A stretch of 64,000 nucleotides of DNA. It comes from a virus (Duplodnaviria; Caudoviricetes). Of this stretch, positions 18,787 to 28,994 are shown piece by piece (position 1 is the first letter of the stretch; every line of letters starts with the position of its first letter). Location of the stretch: the IMG/VR virus record IMGVR_UViG_3300020048_000002. The stretch is one strand, 5' to 3'. The position numbers and the translations under genes were made by a program. The notes below the pieces were generated by a model. That model was not told where the DNA came from. It made no database searches and saw nothing but the letters and a program-made list of their open reading frames with translations.

Positions 18787-18814
18787 ACCGAGCCTTCTCT
18801 ACGAAAGGATACGC

Positions 18815-19336
18815 ATGAAATCGAAAAAGGCCGGTCGCACCTACACCGTCACGCTCACCGAGGAGCACCTCTACGCTCTAACAAGGGGTACAGAGCTGTT
18901 CGAGCGGATCACGATGGGGCAGTTTCGGGAGATCCTGGACGTCGTGGACCCTCAGTTCAAGCTCTCTCGAAAAGACCGGGATACGGCCGAACAGCTCCTT
19001 GTCCTCGCTCGACGCTACCTGATGCCGGAGCTTCTCACGGACTACTCCTACTGGAGCATCCACTCCAAGGAGATCTCGGACGATGCTCGCGTCTGCTACG
19101 ACTTTCTCCAAGTCGTTCGGCACCGGCTTGCCTGGGACAACAACCCCAAAGGGGATTGGACCGTGAACTTCGACGAACCCAGGCAGACGAGTTCGCTACC
19201 CTTGCCGCAAATCGCTCAGTCGGAAGTGAGCTTGACCCAATCGGGCTCCCGCTCGATCACGAGCGACTCGGGATCAAAGTCGGGGTCAAAGTCCAAGAGA
19301 GGGACTCGAAAAGCCAGCTCTCCGGTTGGCAAGTAG
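18815..19336 (+). CDS. hypothetical protein
   Basis: RBS AAGGA before ATG 18815. Confidence 0.6.
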   Translation: MKSKKAGRTYTVTLTEEHLYALTRGTELFERITMGQFREILDVVDPQFKLSRKDRDTAEQLLVLARRYLMPELLTDYSYWSIHSKEISDDARVCYDFLQVVRHRLAWDNNPKGDWTVNFDEPRQTSSLPLPQIAQSEVSLTQSGSRSITSDSGSKSGSKSKRGTRKASSPVGK

Positions 19337-19686
19337 CCCGTGCCAAGGGGGTTGCGTCGAATCTCCACCCACCACCCGTTGGCACCCTCGTCCAACAACG
19401 ACAAAAAGAACGAACACCTTTCGGTGAACGTCCCGTCCGTGTAAGCACTGTGGATCCAAAAGATGGTCGCGGCCCCCACCAAGTGCTCCCGCCGAACAAT
19501 CAGTTCGTAGACTACGAACCCGGCAATCGAGTCCTCCGTGATTCGCTGGAGGGCGGGATTCTCGAACTCTGGCCCCACCTCGATAAAACCATCGAGATCC
19601 TGAGCACTGGCGACTCGGATGACGAAGGAATGGGGTCGTTCGTGCGAGATGGCTGTGACCGACCCCTCTGTGAAATCGAGGAGCAT
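19216..19686 (-). CDS. hypothetical protein
   Basis: 156-aa ORF with a late-like motif upstream; 3' overlap with the opposing gene. Confidence 0.5.
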   Translation of the reverse strand: MLLDFTEGSVTAISHERPHSFVIRVASAQDLDGFIEVGPEFENPALQRITEDSIAGFVVYELIVRREHLVGAATIFWIHSAYTDGTFTERCSFFLSLLDEGANGWWVEIRRNPLGTGYLPTGELAFRVPLLDFDPDFDPESLVIEREPDWVKLTSD

Positions 19687-19730
19687 CCTACTTGTGAGAC
19701 CCTAACGAACGATCCTTGTGGGAGACAGCT

Positions 19731-20024
19731 ATGCCAAAGACCAAAAAGACCGATCTTCAAGTCCTCCGAGCACTTCTTTCCCTTCCTGCGGACAAGCTGA
19801 GCACGAGCGAACGATCTGCGTTCCAGGCCATGTACGACCAAGTGGCCTCCGGGCACGTCCTCTCGCTGAGCTTCAAGCAGAGGGCATGGGCGGATGCCGT
19901 TTACGACAAGCACAACCTCGACAAGGAAAGGCCCCCGGCCAAGCTCATACTGATTCGAGACAAGAGTTTACTCAGCCCCATTGAGAAAAAACCACTCCCG
20001 CTGAAACCACCCGGGCGGAAGTAG
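19731..20024 (+). CDS. hypothetical protein
   Basis: RBS GGGAGA before ATG 19731. Confidence 0.6.
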   Translation: MPKTKKTDLQVLRALLSLPADKLSTSERSAFQAMYDQVASGHVLSLSFKQRAWADAVYDKHNLDKERPPAKLILIRDKSLLSPIEKKPLPLKPPGRK

Positions 20025-20045
20025 CCTTCGGTGTAGGGTTGTTCT

Positions 20046-20408
20046 ATGAGAATCTTTCACGTTACGATCTCACGAGAGTTCGATTGCACGATTGCCGCCG
20101 AAAGTGAGGAGAACCTTGACTCGGCGCTTCAAGAGTACAGCTACGAGTTCGAGGACTGGTCGGATCGTCCGTGGACGTGGGTAATCCGAGACCCCTTCGA
20201 TCGTGTCCGTTCCTCCAAGCAGTTCCGTTTGATTGGCGACGAACCGGAACAGCCAGATATGGCCCTGATCCAGGAAGACATCCTCTGCTTTAGCGATGCG
20301 GAGGATCGAGACGAAGAACTCATGGGAAAGATCCGTGAGACGATTCGAGCACACAAGCGCAAAATCACGCAGGACGAACTGCAAGAAAAGCTACCCGGAA
20401 TCGAATGA
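20046..20408 (+). CDS. hypothetical acidic protein
   Basis: ATG 10 nt after GGTGTA. Confidence 0.65.
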   Translation: MRIFHVTISREFDCTIAAESEENLDSALQEYSYEFEDWSDRPWTWVIRDPFDRVRSSKQFRLIGDEPEQPDMALIQEDILCFSDAEDRDEELMGKIRETIRAHKRKITQDELQEKLPGIE

Positions 20409-21034
20409 TGTTGACGAAGAAGCAGGAAAGAAGGCTCAAGGACTACGTCCGTGCCACCCCCAAGGAACAACTGGCCTACGCCCACGTCACCTCTACAGAG
20501 AAGGTACGTAGCGGCCTATATCGGTTCATGCCCCTGATTGGCTGCACCCGGCCAAAGGAAGGGCAAGTGTACCTTCACCTCTCAGGGGTCTTGTTGCGTC
20601 CCTTCGAGTCAAAACACGAAGGGACGATGAGCTGGTACGCCCCCCTTTCGGACGAAAGCCTTGTGCCCCTAGCTGAGCTGCTTGTCGCTCTTGGCTGGGA
20701 TGGTCGTGTCTGGCCGAACGACGCCGGTTGGCCAGACGGGGATGACCGGGAGGCAGCCGGACTAGAGCAACTTCTCAAAGAAGGTCACCTGGACGCCAGC
20801 ATGGTGTTCCCACCTGATCCCAAAAAGGGATCCAAAGTCATCAACGTTCTTGTGGGCGGGTCGGACCCGTTTCCGATGCCCCTCGACCTGGAGCAGGGCG
20901 ATCGAGCCCTTGTGCCTTCTTCGATTCTCGATCGACTTCAAGCCCTCATGGCCGATCCGGGAGTTTTCACGGAGAAGAAAGCGAAGGAAGTCGATGCTCG
21001 AACTTTCCCCCGCTTTCAGTTCGTGTCCACCTAA
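20405..21034 (+). CDS. hypothetical protein
   Basis: ATGA overlap with the upstream gene. Confidence 0.65.
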   Translation: MMLTKKQERRLKDYVRATPKEQLAYAHVTSTEKVRSGLYRFMPLIGCTRPKEGQVYLHLSGVLLRPFESKHEGTMSWYAPLSDESLVPLAELLVALGWDGRVWPNDAGWPDGDDREAAGLEQLLKEGHLDASMVFPPDPKKGSKVINVLVGGSDPFPMPLDLEQGDRALVPSSILDRLQALMADPGVFTEKKAKEVDARTFPRFQFVST

Positions 21035-21621
21035 TCGTCGTCCTCGATAAGACGCCCCCAGGCGTTGTCCGGCTTGCCTGCCCCCTGAATGATCTTCGTC
21101 AGGGGGTAGTTGCTTTTGGGTACTTCCTTGCGCAAGTCGAGCTTCGGGATCGCCACCGCTACGAGTGCCGGACCCTCACACTGGCTCACCGTGATGATCC
21201 ACGTCCCCGTTGGACGCCGCTGCATCTGGATTGCGAGCCGCCATGTGCCAGACGTTCCCGTGATGAGACTGCGGTAAGCCGTGGCTACCTCGTAGGGGTC
21301 GGGTAGAATCGGGGTCGACGACTTCTCCTCAGATAGGAGTGCCGTCAAATCCGGACCAGCCGAGATGCTCACCGTCGTGTACGCCGGACCCTGGACCACC
21401 GGAAGGAGTCGTGTCTCTAGCGTCACCGTCCTGCCCTTGGGCAACTCGACACCAGGACTCACTTGCACCGTATGGGTTTTTGCGTCCAGCCGATCCGAGG
21501 TGCGGTACTGGCGAGACACAAGACCGGACACCATAGCCGTACCGAGTGTTCGCACGATCAGGTGATCGGACGCCTCGTGCGCAAGAACCAGGATGGGGTT
21601 GAGAGACAGATCGAGAAGCAC
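21031..21621 (-). CDS. hypothetical protein
   Basis: GTG 21621 lies 9 nt after GGTGTA (21631-21636, minus). Confidence 0.6.
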   Translation of the reverse strand: MLLDLSLNPILVLAHEASDHLIVRTLGTAMVSGLVSRQYRTSDRLDAKTHTVQVSPGVELPKGRTVTLETRLLPVVQGPAYTTVSISAGPDLTALLSEEKSSTPILPDPYEVATAYRSLITGTSGTWRLAIQMQRRPTGTWIITVSQCEGPALVAVAIPKLDLRKEVPKSNYPLTKIIQGAGKPDNAWGRLIEDDD

Positions 21622-21691
21622 CCCTATCTTTACACCGGCAAAGGTGGACAAAATCTCAGAAAAGGAAGAAGCCACGGTGTAAGGATAGAGT

Positions 21692-21961
21692 ATGACCACC
21701 GCCACACCGCGTCGTCGAATCGTCCGCCGAAACCGAAAACCCGCTGAGCGAGCCATCATCTTTGCTGCGTTGGTCGGGGGTCTGTCCCTCGAAGCCACAC
21801 GAAAGCTCCTTGATGAGGCCGGGTATGGAGACCGGGGGCTTCCCGAGCGGGCCTGGGTTCTGCTACGAGATGCCTACCTACCGAAGTTCTTGGCGAACCC
21901 TCAGTTCATCGGAGAAAGCATTTACTCTCCAATGACCATGAGCGAGCTAGCTGACCTCTGA
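21692..21961 (+). CDS. hypothetical protein
   Basis: ATG 10 nt after GGTGTA. Confidence 0.6.
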   Translation: MTTATPRRRIVRRNRKPAERAIIFAALVGGLSLEATRKLLDEAGYGDRGLPERAWVLLRDAYLPKFLANPQFIGESIYSPMTMSELADL

Positions 21962-21971
21962 GAGACACGTC

Positions 21972-22769
21972 ATGCCCAACTGGTGCCACAACATCCTCAC
22001 GCTCGTCGGACCCAAGAGAGTCCTACTCGAAATCGCTGCGACAAATCTCTGTCTCGACAAGATTGCCCCGTGCCCGGATGACCTGCGGGGCATCACCGAG
22101 AACGTGTCGAAAGAGAACGAGTGGAAAATTCCCGTGCTGATGAAAAAGTACGGGGTAGCGACTGAGTTGGATTGGCACGTCACCCGGTGGGGAACTCAGT
22201 GGGACATCGGTCCAATCAACCTTGAGATCAGCGAGTCCGGGGACGACTGCGAGATCGCCACCGGGTTCGATTCCGCCTGGCATCCTCCCGTGGAAGCGAT
22301 GCAGGCGCTTTTCGACCGCTACAAAAACGACGGACTCTACCTCCACCTGGAGTACCTCGAACCGGGAGTCTCCTTCGTTGGCCTCCTTCTCGGGGAGAAG
22401 GGCGAGATCAAGAACGACCATCGGGAGTACCGCACGTCCAAGGAACTAGAGGTTATCGCCAAGGATCTGTCCCTCACCATCACCGAGGGCGAGATTGACT
22501 GGCTCCGAGAGCGAGAGGCTCAACAAGAAGCCGTTGTCGTCAAGCTGCCTGAACCCCGAGCGAAAAAGATCGCGAAGCCAAAGACCGTGACGAAAAAGGC
22601 TGCACCTAAGAAGCCTGAACCAAAGGCTCCGGTCAAACAGGCTGCAACGAAGTCTCGAAAGTCGAAGGCCGACCGAGAACTAGAAGCGTTCTTGGCCTCG
22701 TCCCCCAAACCAAAGAAGCCAGCCAGCAAAAAACCGGCTAGCAAAAAGGCTGCCGCCAAGAGGGGGTAA
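21972..22769 (+). CDS. DUF1281/Api92-like protein with Lys/Pro/Ala-rich tail
   Basis: MPNWC.N, W....WGT.W, F.SAW.PP, Y.EPG; C-terminal KKPASKK repeats. Confidence 0.75.
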   Translation: MPNWCHNILTLVGPKRVLLEIAATNLCLDKIAPCPDDLRGITENVSKENEWKIPVLMKKYGVATELDWHVTRWGTQWDIGPINLEISESGDDCEIATGFDSAWHPPVEAMQALFDRYKNDGLYLHLEYLEPGVSFVGLLLGEKGEIKNDHREYRTSKELEVIAKDLSLTITEGEIDWLREREAQQEAVVVKLPEPRAKKIAKPKTVTKKAAPKKPEPKAPVKQAATKSRKSKADRELEAFLASSPKPKKPASKKPASKKAAAKRG

Positions 22770-22796
22770 GGTTTACTTATGCCCCCTAATTGGTAG

Positions 22797-23021
22797 ATGC
22801 CTCCACTTAGGTCGCCGAAGAAGCCCCCACAGAAACGAGAGCCTAAGAAGACCCCCAAGGAGCAGACGTTCCAGGACGTTTGCAAGGAGCTTCTGGAGAA
22901 GAAGTGGGAAGAAGAGCGTGAACGTAGAGAGGCCCCTCTCCGTGCTGCCAAGCAAGCTCAGGAGGACGAGGTGATGGCGATGCTCTACGGACCCAACTGG
23001 CGCGACGTGGCTCCGGCCTAG
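22797..23021 (+). CDS. hypothetical protein
   Basis: ATG immediately after ACTTAT-N13-TAG. Confidence 0.55.
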   Translation: MPPLRSPKKPPQKREPKKTPKEQTFQDVCKELLEKKWEEERERREAPLRAAKQAQEDEVMAMLYGPNWRDVAPA

Positions 23022-23466
23022 CAGTCGACGATTCCCCTACGCTTCTTGTCCCGACGCTCACAAGCCTCGGAGCAGTAGTACCGGGTCCAGTCATCCCCTT
23101 CGCCACAGGCGATGAACGTGTTAGGGATCACACCCTGACACATGCGGTAGCCTTCATCGTCGAAGTTGTCGTTCGCTGGTGCCTTGAACGGTTCTTCTGG
23201 GTCCACGGAGGAACCATACGAAAAAGGGGGCTCGACTTCTAGCCGAAATTTCCTCCTTAGCGTAAGCTCCCACCCATGGCCAGAGACGTGCCCATCTGCC
23301 CTTCTTGTTTCACCGATCAAGTTGTCGTGGTAGATTACCCGTCTCAAAAGGAGAAGGGTGTAACCACTCTCGCCACCCTTCAGTGCGATGGTTGTGGGCG
23401 CACTTGGTCGGATCGGGTTAAAGCGCCCGCCAAGAAACGGTAATCCTGTTGTCCGCCGCATAGGGT

Positions 23467-24459
23467 ATGCACGGGTTTTACCGGTACGCCATTCGTCTGC
23501 TTCTCTCGATGTCGATGGACGAAGCGAGGGGAGCGTTGGGTTTTCCTCCGGGGTACAACCCCAGCCCATCGGAAATCTCCAAGGCGCACCGAAGCATGGT
23601 CTTCAAGCACCATCCAGATCGTGGCGGATCCCATGAGAAGATGGTCGAGATCAACATCGCCAAGGATGTCCTAGAAGGTAAGCGTCACGAGCGGTACCGA
23701 CCATCTCCTCCGAAGGACTCGGAAGAGGAGAAGCGGAAGGAAGCTCAGCGAAAGCGAGTCGCTGCCCTATCCGCCATCGAACGAGCGAAGAAGGACGTTG
23801 GCAAAGCCCTCGATCAGTGCCGGGTAGAAACCGACCTTCTAGGCGGCTACCGTCTGAACATTCGGGGGTTCCTCGTCGATGACTACTCCGACGCCATCGA
23901 CAAGATGCAGGACGTGCTCGACGACCTTGCGGACTTGGGTTCGCCGAATAAGGCTCACCCCGACATGAAAGAGGCGGAGAGACTGTGCCAGAGCCTCTCC
24001 AACAGGGCCATGAGGCTCAGCAAGAAGTACCTTCCCTTGGCCAAGCTCCACGGTGAGCTTGTTGCGGACTTGCTCAACCTGAGCGGAGATCTCACCCAGG
24101 GCAAAGTAGCCCATCTCTACGCCGAGACTCACAAGTACATCGGAGCCTTCAACGAGATGTTCCAAGAGTCTCGAAAGCTAGTAGGGCTAATCCGCAGAAG
24201 TGAGATCCTCCCGCTGGAATGGGACGACATGTACAGCAAGGCCCACGGTGTCCTCGGAGCCTTTGCACACGACTGGTCAAAGTTCAGCAACTCGGGCCTG
24301 GAAGGGTACAAGAGTGCCCTTGAAAGGGCGGTGGCTGACGTTGGTGCAGCCGTCGAACCTCTTGCCCCCGAGGAATGGAAGAAGGCACCACGAGCTGAGC
24401 TTTGGCGCTACTCCAGTGACTTCGAGTGGGCCAAAGACGTTGTTGCCCGCAGCGCCTAA
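23467..24459 (+). CDS. J-domain (DnaJ-like) protein
   Basis: LGF...EI.KAHR......HPDRGG...M.EIN.A..VL. Confidence 0.85.
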   Translation: MHGFYRYAIRLLLSMSMDEARGALGFPPGYNPSPSEISKAHRSMVFKHHPDRGGSHEKMVEINIAKDVLEGKRHERYRPSPPKDSEEEKRKEAQRKRVAALSAIERAKKDVGKALDQCRVETDLLGGYRLNIRGFLVDDYSDAIDKMQDVLDDLADLGSPNKAHPDMKEAERLCQSLSNRAMRLSKKYLPLAKLHGELVADLLNLSGDLTQGKVAHLYAETHKYIGAFNEMFQESRKLVGLIRRSEILPLEWDDMYSKAHGVLGAFAHDWSKFSNSGLEGYKSALERAVADVGAAVEPLAPEEWKKAPRAELWRYSSDFEWAKDVVARSA

Positions 24460-24474
24460 GACCTAAGCCTCAAA

Positions 24475-24520
24475 CACTAGAGCCCTGCTACCTCGTGTGG
24501 GTAGCAGGGCTCGGTGCTTT
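24475..24520. terminator. hairpin between convergent genes
   Basis: GAGCCCTGCTACC-7 nt-GGTAGCAGGGCTC. Confidence 0.7.
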
Positions 24521-24533
24521 CAACGACTCAGGG

Positions 24534-25636
24534 TCAGTGCCAGACCGAGTGTTGAAACTCGTAGTTGATCTTGTTCTTCTTGAGGAAGTCGTCGAAGTCG
24601 TCCCACTTCATGCCCGAAAGGGCGTTGGGCTCGGCCTTGAGCATCTGGTAGAGCTTGCGGGCCGACGCAGGGGCCGTGGACTTGATGACGGTGTAGTGAG
24701 GATCACCGCTACCACCGTAGTCGTCGCTGCTGGGGGAGTACGACTTGAACTCCGTCCACGAGCACGAAACGGCAAAATCCTTGCCCTTCGCGACGAACGG
24801 TTCGACGTTCTCGGGCACAACCTTGAGGTAGTGTACCTCGTCCTCGTTCCACTGGGTTCGGTACTGCTTCAGCAACGCCAGCGGGTCGAGTCCCGGCTTA
24901 GCTTCCTCCTTCAACCAACCGAGAGTGCGTTCGTTGGTCAGAGCGTCGAACACCTTGGCCTTCGCCGTATCGTAGGTGTCGGAGGCGCTCACCTTGCCGA
25001 CGTGCTTGATGAGGTTGATGGGAAGCCACGCATCGAACTTCGTCCAATGGTAGGGAGTGAGCATCTCGGCCACTCGGAGCTTGCGCTTGCCCTTCGCAGG
25101 AAGCTCCTCGATGCGGATACTCGACTGATCCCAAGTCATGCGGAAACCGTTACCCACCAGTTTCCCGTCCCACCCCGCCGTCTTTCCAACGAAACGGGCC
25201 ACTACACGTTCAGAGGCGGATTTGCTCGCAAATAACAACATCTGCTTGTCGATCTCCGGATGAGGGTCATCGTTACCGTCAGCCTCTTCTCGGGCTGCTT
25301 CGGCCTCAAAGGCTTTATCGAATGCCTGTCGGCCTTCGCCTTTTCGGCCCGTGCCGCTAGGAACTTGGCGTCGTCGATCTTGCCCGCACGGTAGGCTTTG
25401 ACAGCAGCCTCGTACTCCTTAAGGGCCTTGGAGTGCGCTTCCGTCGCCTGCTCATACTCAGCCGACGCTGCCGTTTTCCCCTTGAGGTACTCGCTCGTCG
25501 GAAGGTGGCACGACTCCGACCCTGGCTCGACGTGCTTGCAGTAAATCGACCAAGCGGTCGCCCACGCCTGCTCGTCCGAGTAGGACGGATTGGACTTCTT
25601 TACTTCGTCGAACAGTTCATCGACCTTGGCGGGCAT
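24534..25636 (-). CDS. putative virion cargo protein split by a 1-nt frameshift near 25326
   Basis: ORFs 25202-25636 and 24534-25241 join as KAKAD-(K)-AFDKAFEAEAAREE...MLLFASKSASERVVARF if one base is restored. Confidence 0.65.
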
Positions 25637-25645
25637 GGGCAGCTC

Positions 25646-25841
25646 CTACTTGGGGATCTCCCGATAAAAGGAACCGTTGTCAAGACCACGGACCACGAGA
25701 AGGTAACGTGCCCATAGACGGTCACGTAGCCCAAGCAACGACGTGAACTCCCGGGCGGCAACATAAGGCCGTCCGGTCCAGTTCCGGTCCGTGGGCCTCG
25801 ATGATGAGGCCCACGGCAAGGTCGAGTTCTTCTCCGTCCAT
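25646..25841 (-). pseudogene. small ORF with an apparent 1-nt insertion at ~25765
   Basis: MDGEELDL...DRTA + YVAAREF...EIPK reads through if one T is removed (196 nt). Confidence 0.3.
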
Positions 25842-25844
25842 ACT

Positions 25845-26435
25845 TTAGTCTGCTACGACCGCCCACTCGGCATCGTACTGGATGCTCGCTTTGGCGTGTC
25901 CGTGAATCTCGGCGGCATTCCACATGGCGGCGGCAAGGTTGCCTCCGGCGAGGTTGTGGACGAGCCGGTAGGGGGAGAGGGGAGCCTTGGGTCCAGCGAA
26001 GCCGAGCACGGCCACGAGAACGTGGGTGGCTTCGCTTGCCTCAATCCGAGCCCGCTCGGCTTCTTCCTTCTGGACATCCGGGTCGGACAGATAGGCGTCT
26101 CGGGTGTAGACGATGAGGGCAGCACCCTCACACGGGGCCGCAAACTCACGCTTCAGGTAAGCGTCTACGCGCCCCCGGTAGAATCGGAGCACGTAGTGGT
26201 CGGGATCCGTCGACCGCTTCCCGACCCCAGCCGAGAGGTAGGGGACGAGATCGGGGCACATCACAAATCCCTGACCGGGCACCTGTTGGGCCGCAAAGTC
26301 AAAGCCCGCGATGGCGGCCTCAGCGGCCTCGAAGAACTTGCCGACGTTCGTGACCTTCGTCCCGAGAGTCGGGGAGTCGAAGGCCGAAACGATGTTGGCG
26401 GAGACGAGTCGGATTTGGTTCTGCATTTGATTCAT
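25845..26435 (-). CDS. hypothetical protein (distant DUF3228-like, tentative)
   Basis: RBS GGGGA; IVYTRDAY, APLSPYRLVHNLAGGN. Confidence 0.6.
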   Translation of the reverse strand: MNQMQNQIRLVSANIVSAFDSPTLGTKVTNVGKFFEAAEAAIAGFDFAAQQVPGQGFVMCPDLVPYLSAGVGKRSTDPDHYVLRFYRGRVDAYLKREFAAPCEGAALIVYTRDAYLSDPDVQKEEAERARIEASEATHVLVAVLGFAGPKAPLSPYRLVHNLAGGNLAAAMWNAAEIHGHAKASIQYDAEWAVVAD

Positions 26436-26660
26436 GTCCCCAAGACGGTACGGACGGTAGTTATCGGACACTACCGATTTTGACGCCTTCCGTGCTGCAA
26501 GACCATCACAGCCGTCAGGCTCACCAAGCACGACATGAGGGGCCAGAACACCTCTGACCCCACTTGCACGTCCGAGTTCAGCTCGGCCGCACTAAGCGCC
26601 ATGTCGACCGTCAAATCATGCCTTAGCCCCGGGATAAGAAAATCCACGCGGACGGACGCT

Positions 26661-28955
26661 TCAGCCCGTTGCCTTGGACCCCTCTCGAACCATGACCGCC
26701 TCACTCGCCTTGGTAACCGTATCTCCGGTGATCCGGATTGCCTTGAGCGTTGGATCGCTTGGAGCCGTAAAACTGTAGGGCCGAAGAACCGTCTCCACGA
26801 TACCACGGAGGGCACGGACACCCGTAGGTCGCCTCTTGGCCTCCTGTGCGATGGCCCGCAACGCTTCCTCGTCGAACTGAAGGTCGATGCCATCCATCGA
26901 GAAAAGCGCCTGAAACTGTTTGATAATGGCGTTTTTCGGTTCCGTGAGGATGCGGACCATCTCGTGCTCCGTGAGATCAATCGTCGTGGTGATCACCGGC
27001 AGACGCCCCATGAGTTCGGGGATGAGCCCGAAGTCAAGGACATCATCCTCCCCCACTTGGAGGTACGTGTCGCTCTTTGTCAGCTTCGCCTTCTGGCCTG
27101 ACCCGAAGCCAATACCCGCCCCACGATTGACTCGTTTGTCGATGACCTCTTCGATGCCCGCAAAGCTCCCGGCGCAGATGAATAGGACGTTCGAGGTGTC
27201 GAACACGTCCCCTCCCGCCCCCACCTTCATTCCCATCCCACGGGGAACGACCATCTTGGAGCCTTCAAGGATCTTCAAGAGCGCCTGTTGAACACCCTCT
27301 CCCGACACGTCACGGTAGCCGGTGGCCCCACGACCCGACTTGCGGGCGAGCTTGTCGAACTCGTCGATGAAGATGATGCCCCATTGGGCACGCTCTACCT
27401 CACCATCGGCGTCCTGAATGAGCCCCTGGAGCAACGACTCCACGTCGTCTCCGACGTACCCCGCCTGCGTGAGCCGGGTTGCGTCTCCCACGAAGAAGGG
27501 AACCCGGAGCATTTTTGCGATGGTACGTGCCAGTTCCGTTTTTCCCGTGTTGTGGGTTACGGTGAAATCGTCGAGCAGATAACGATGGTCCCCGTCGAGA
27601 ACAAATCCGAAGTACTCCTCGGGTGGCAATTCTCGGGTCGTGAAACCCACCCGGAGCACGTCTTTCGGCTGCTGACGCTTCCGAGCCTTTTTGTGGGGTA
27701 CACGAACGGGGATCTGGTTGACGTGCCCCGAGATCATGATCCGGAAGTACTTCCCCTCGGTACCGTTCTGGCTCTTCTTTTGACAGAGCTTGACGTAGGC
27801 CGCAAGTCCGACACTCCGGGCCACGAAAGCCACATCATCGGCGAGAGCCCGTGACTTTGACACGTAGTCATAACAGTTGTCCCTGACGGAGTAGCTTCCG
27901 TCCGTGTCGATGAGGCCCGCCAGAAGAGAGAGGCGCTCGTCCCGAGAAGCGGTTTTGAAGGGATGCGGGATGAACTTTGTTTCCGAATCGCATCCAAACA
28001 AACCCACGCTCCGAAGCACCTCACGGATGGGATTCTTCCTCCCACCACTCCGCTGGGTGCTCAAATGATAGGTAGCAGAAGACGTACCCTCGGCCTCGAC
28101 TTTGACACACAAGCCATACATCGCTGCCTGAACATAGACTTCCTTCACGATCTCGTGATCTTCGTTTGTGACAGCGACCCGATTGCAGAGGCAACCGTCT
28201 CCAAGCAGGATGCCCATAAAATAGGGGTCGAGGGGCAGGGGTTCAACTTGAGCCTCAAAGGTCACGCCAGTACGGAAGAGCTTGTGTACAGCCTTCTGCG
28301 TGCGAGACCACTTGAGGTATTCCGCAAGCCACACATCCTTAATCTCATTCGCCGCCCGGTAACCCGAGCCTCCCTTGTATTGCGTCCGTGTCAGGGTGAG
28401 AATATGGCCTTTGTTCACCACCCAAGGCTCGCCCTTTGAGGGAGTGATCTCGACCATATCTTCAACGCCCCGGTGAAGTTCCAGCACCGTGCGGGGCGTC
28501 GAGTCCGGCCCCATGAGCTTGTCTCCAACCTTCACGTTTTCGACAGCGAGGAGAGTGCCGTCCCACATCAGCACCTTCTGTCCCTTACGGTGGCAGCCGC
28601 TAGGTCCCAGCAACAAAATATTAGACTTCTGGACATCCACCCCAAGGTCCACCCCTTGCTTGATAGCGTCTCGACGCTTGTAGTGGTTGTAGACGGCGAT
28701 AGCGAGATCGGTCTTAGCTCTATCCTGAGCGATGATGTGCTCGTCGAGAAGGTTCTTGATCTCGACGGGCTTTCGCACGGGCTCGTCCTTATGGGCCGTC
28801 TGCGTCTCAGTCTTCTGGCTGTGTGAGTAGGCTTTCCAGCCATCCTCCAAACACCGGTTGCAGATGTACGGCCCACCCTCGCCACCAATGAGAGCCTTGA
28901 CCTCATTCCTCGGGCGGTTGCAGAACGAACACCTAGCGATCGTCTTTGTGGACAT
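26661..28955 (-). CDS. clpX: ATP-dependent Clp protease ATP-binding subunit ClpX, intein-containing
   Basis: C4 zinc finger CSFC..CNRC, AVYNHYKR, KSNILLLGP, TQAGYVGDDVE, IDEFDK, RDVSGEGVQQALLK, GIGF loop. Confidence 0.95.
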   Translation of the reverse strand: MSTKTIARCSFCNRPRNEVKALIGGEGGPYICNRCLEDGWKAYSHSQKTETQTAHKDEPVRKPVEIKNLLDEHIIAQDRAKTDLAIAVYNHYKRRDAIKQGVDLGVDVQKSNILLLGPSGCHRKGQKVLMWDGTLLAVENVKVGDKLMGPDSTPRTVLELHRGVEDMVEITPSKGEPWVVNKGHILTLTRTQYKGGSGYRAANEIKDVWLAEYLKWSRTQKAVHKLFRTGVTFEAQVEPLPLDPYFMGILLGDGCLCNRVAVTNEDHEIVKEVYVQAAMYGLCVKVEAEGTSSATYHLSTQRSGGRKNPIREVLRSVGLFGCDSETKFIPHPFKTASRDERLSLLAGLIDTDGSYSVRDNCYDYVSKSRALADDVAFVARSVGLAAYVKLCQKKSQNGTEGKYFRIMISGHVNQIPVRVPHKKARKRQQPKDVLRVGFTTRELPPEEYFGFVLDGDHRYLLDDFTVTHNTGKTELARTIAKMLRVPFFVGDATRLTQAGYVGDDVESLLQGLIQDADGEVERAQWGIIFIDEFDKLARKSGRGATGYRDVSGEGVQQALLKILEGSKMVVPRGMGMKVGAGGDVFDTSNVLFICAGSFAGIEEVIDKRVNRGAGIGFGSGQKAKLTKSDTYLQVGEDDVLDFGLIPELMGRLPVITTTIDLTEHEMVRILTEPKNAIIKQFQALFSMDGIDLQFDEEALRAIAQEAKRRPTGVRALRGIVETVLRPYSFTAPSDPTLKAIRITGDTVTKASEAVMVREGSKATG
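27549..28595 (-). mobile_element. intein (349 aa) with LAGLIDADG endonuclease in ClpX Walker A
   Basis: GPSG|CHRKG...LAGLIDTDG...VTHN|TGKT. Confidence 0.92.
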
Positions 28956-28994
28956 GCTACCTCTTACACCGGAGAGGATAGAATCTCGTAAGTT

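Noticed and set aside
18508-19800. 430-aa plus-strand ORF
   Set aside because: Overlaps several better-supported genes, with no motifs and no RBS
23018-23569. 183-aa minus-strand ORF
   Set aside because: The 5' part overlaps the J-domain gene head-to-head; only the Cys-rich 3' part may be real and its start could not be placed
25790-25817. Hairpin with GATGATGAG resembling a hammerhead core
   Set aside because: Lacks CUGANGA plus GAAA in the right stem context
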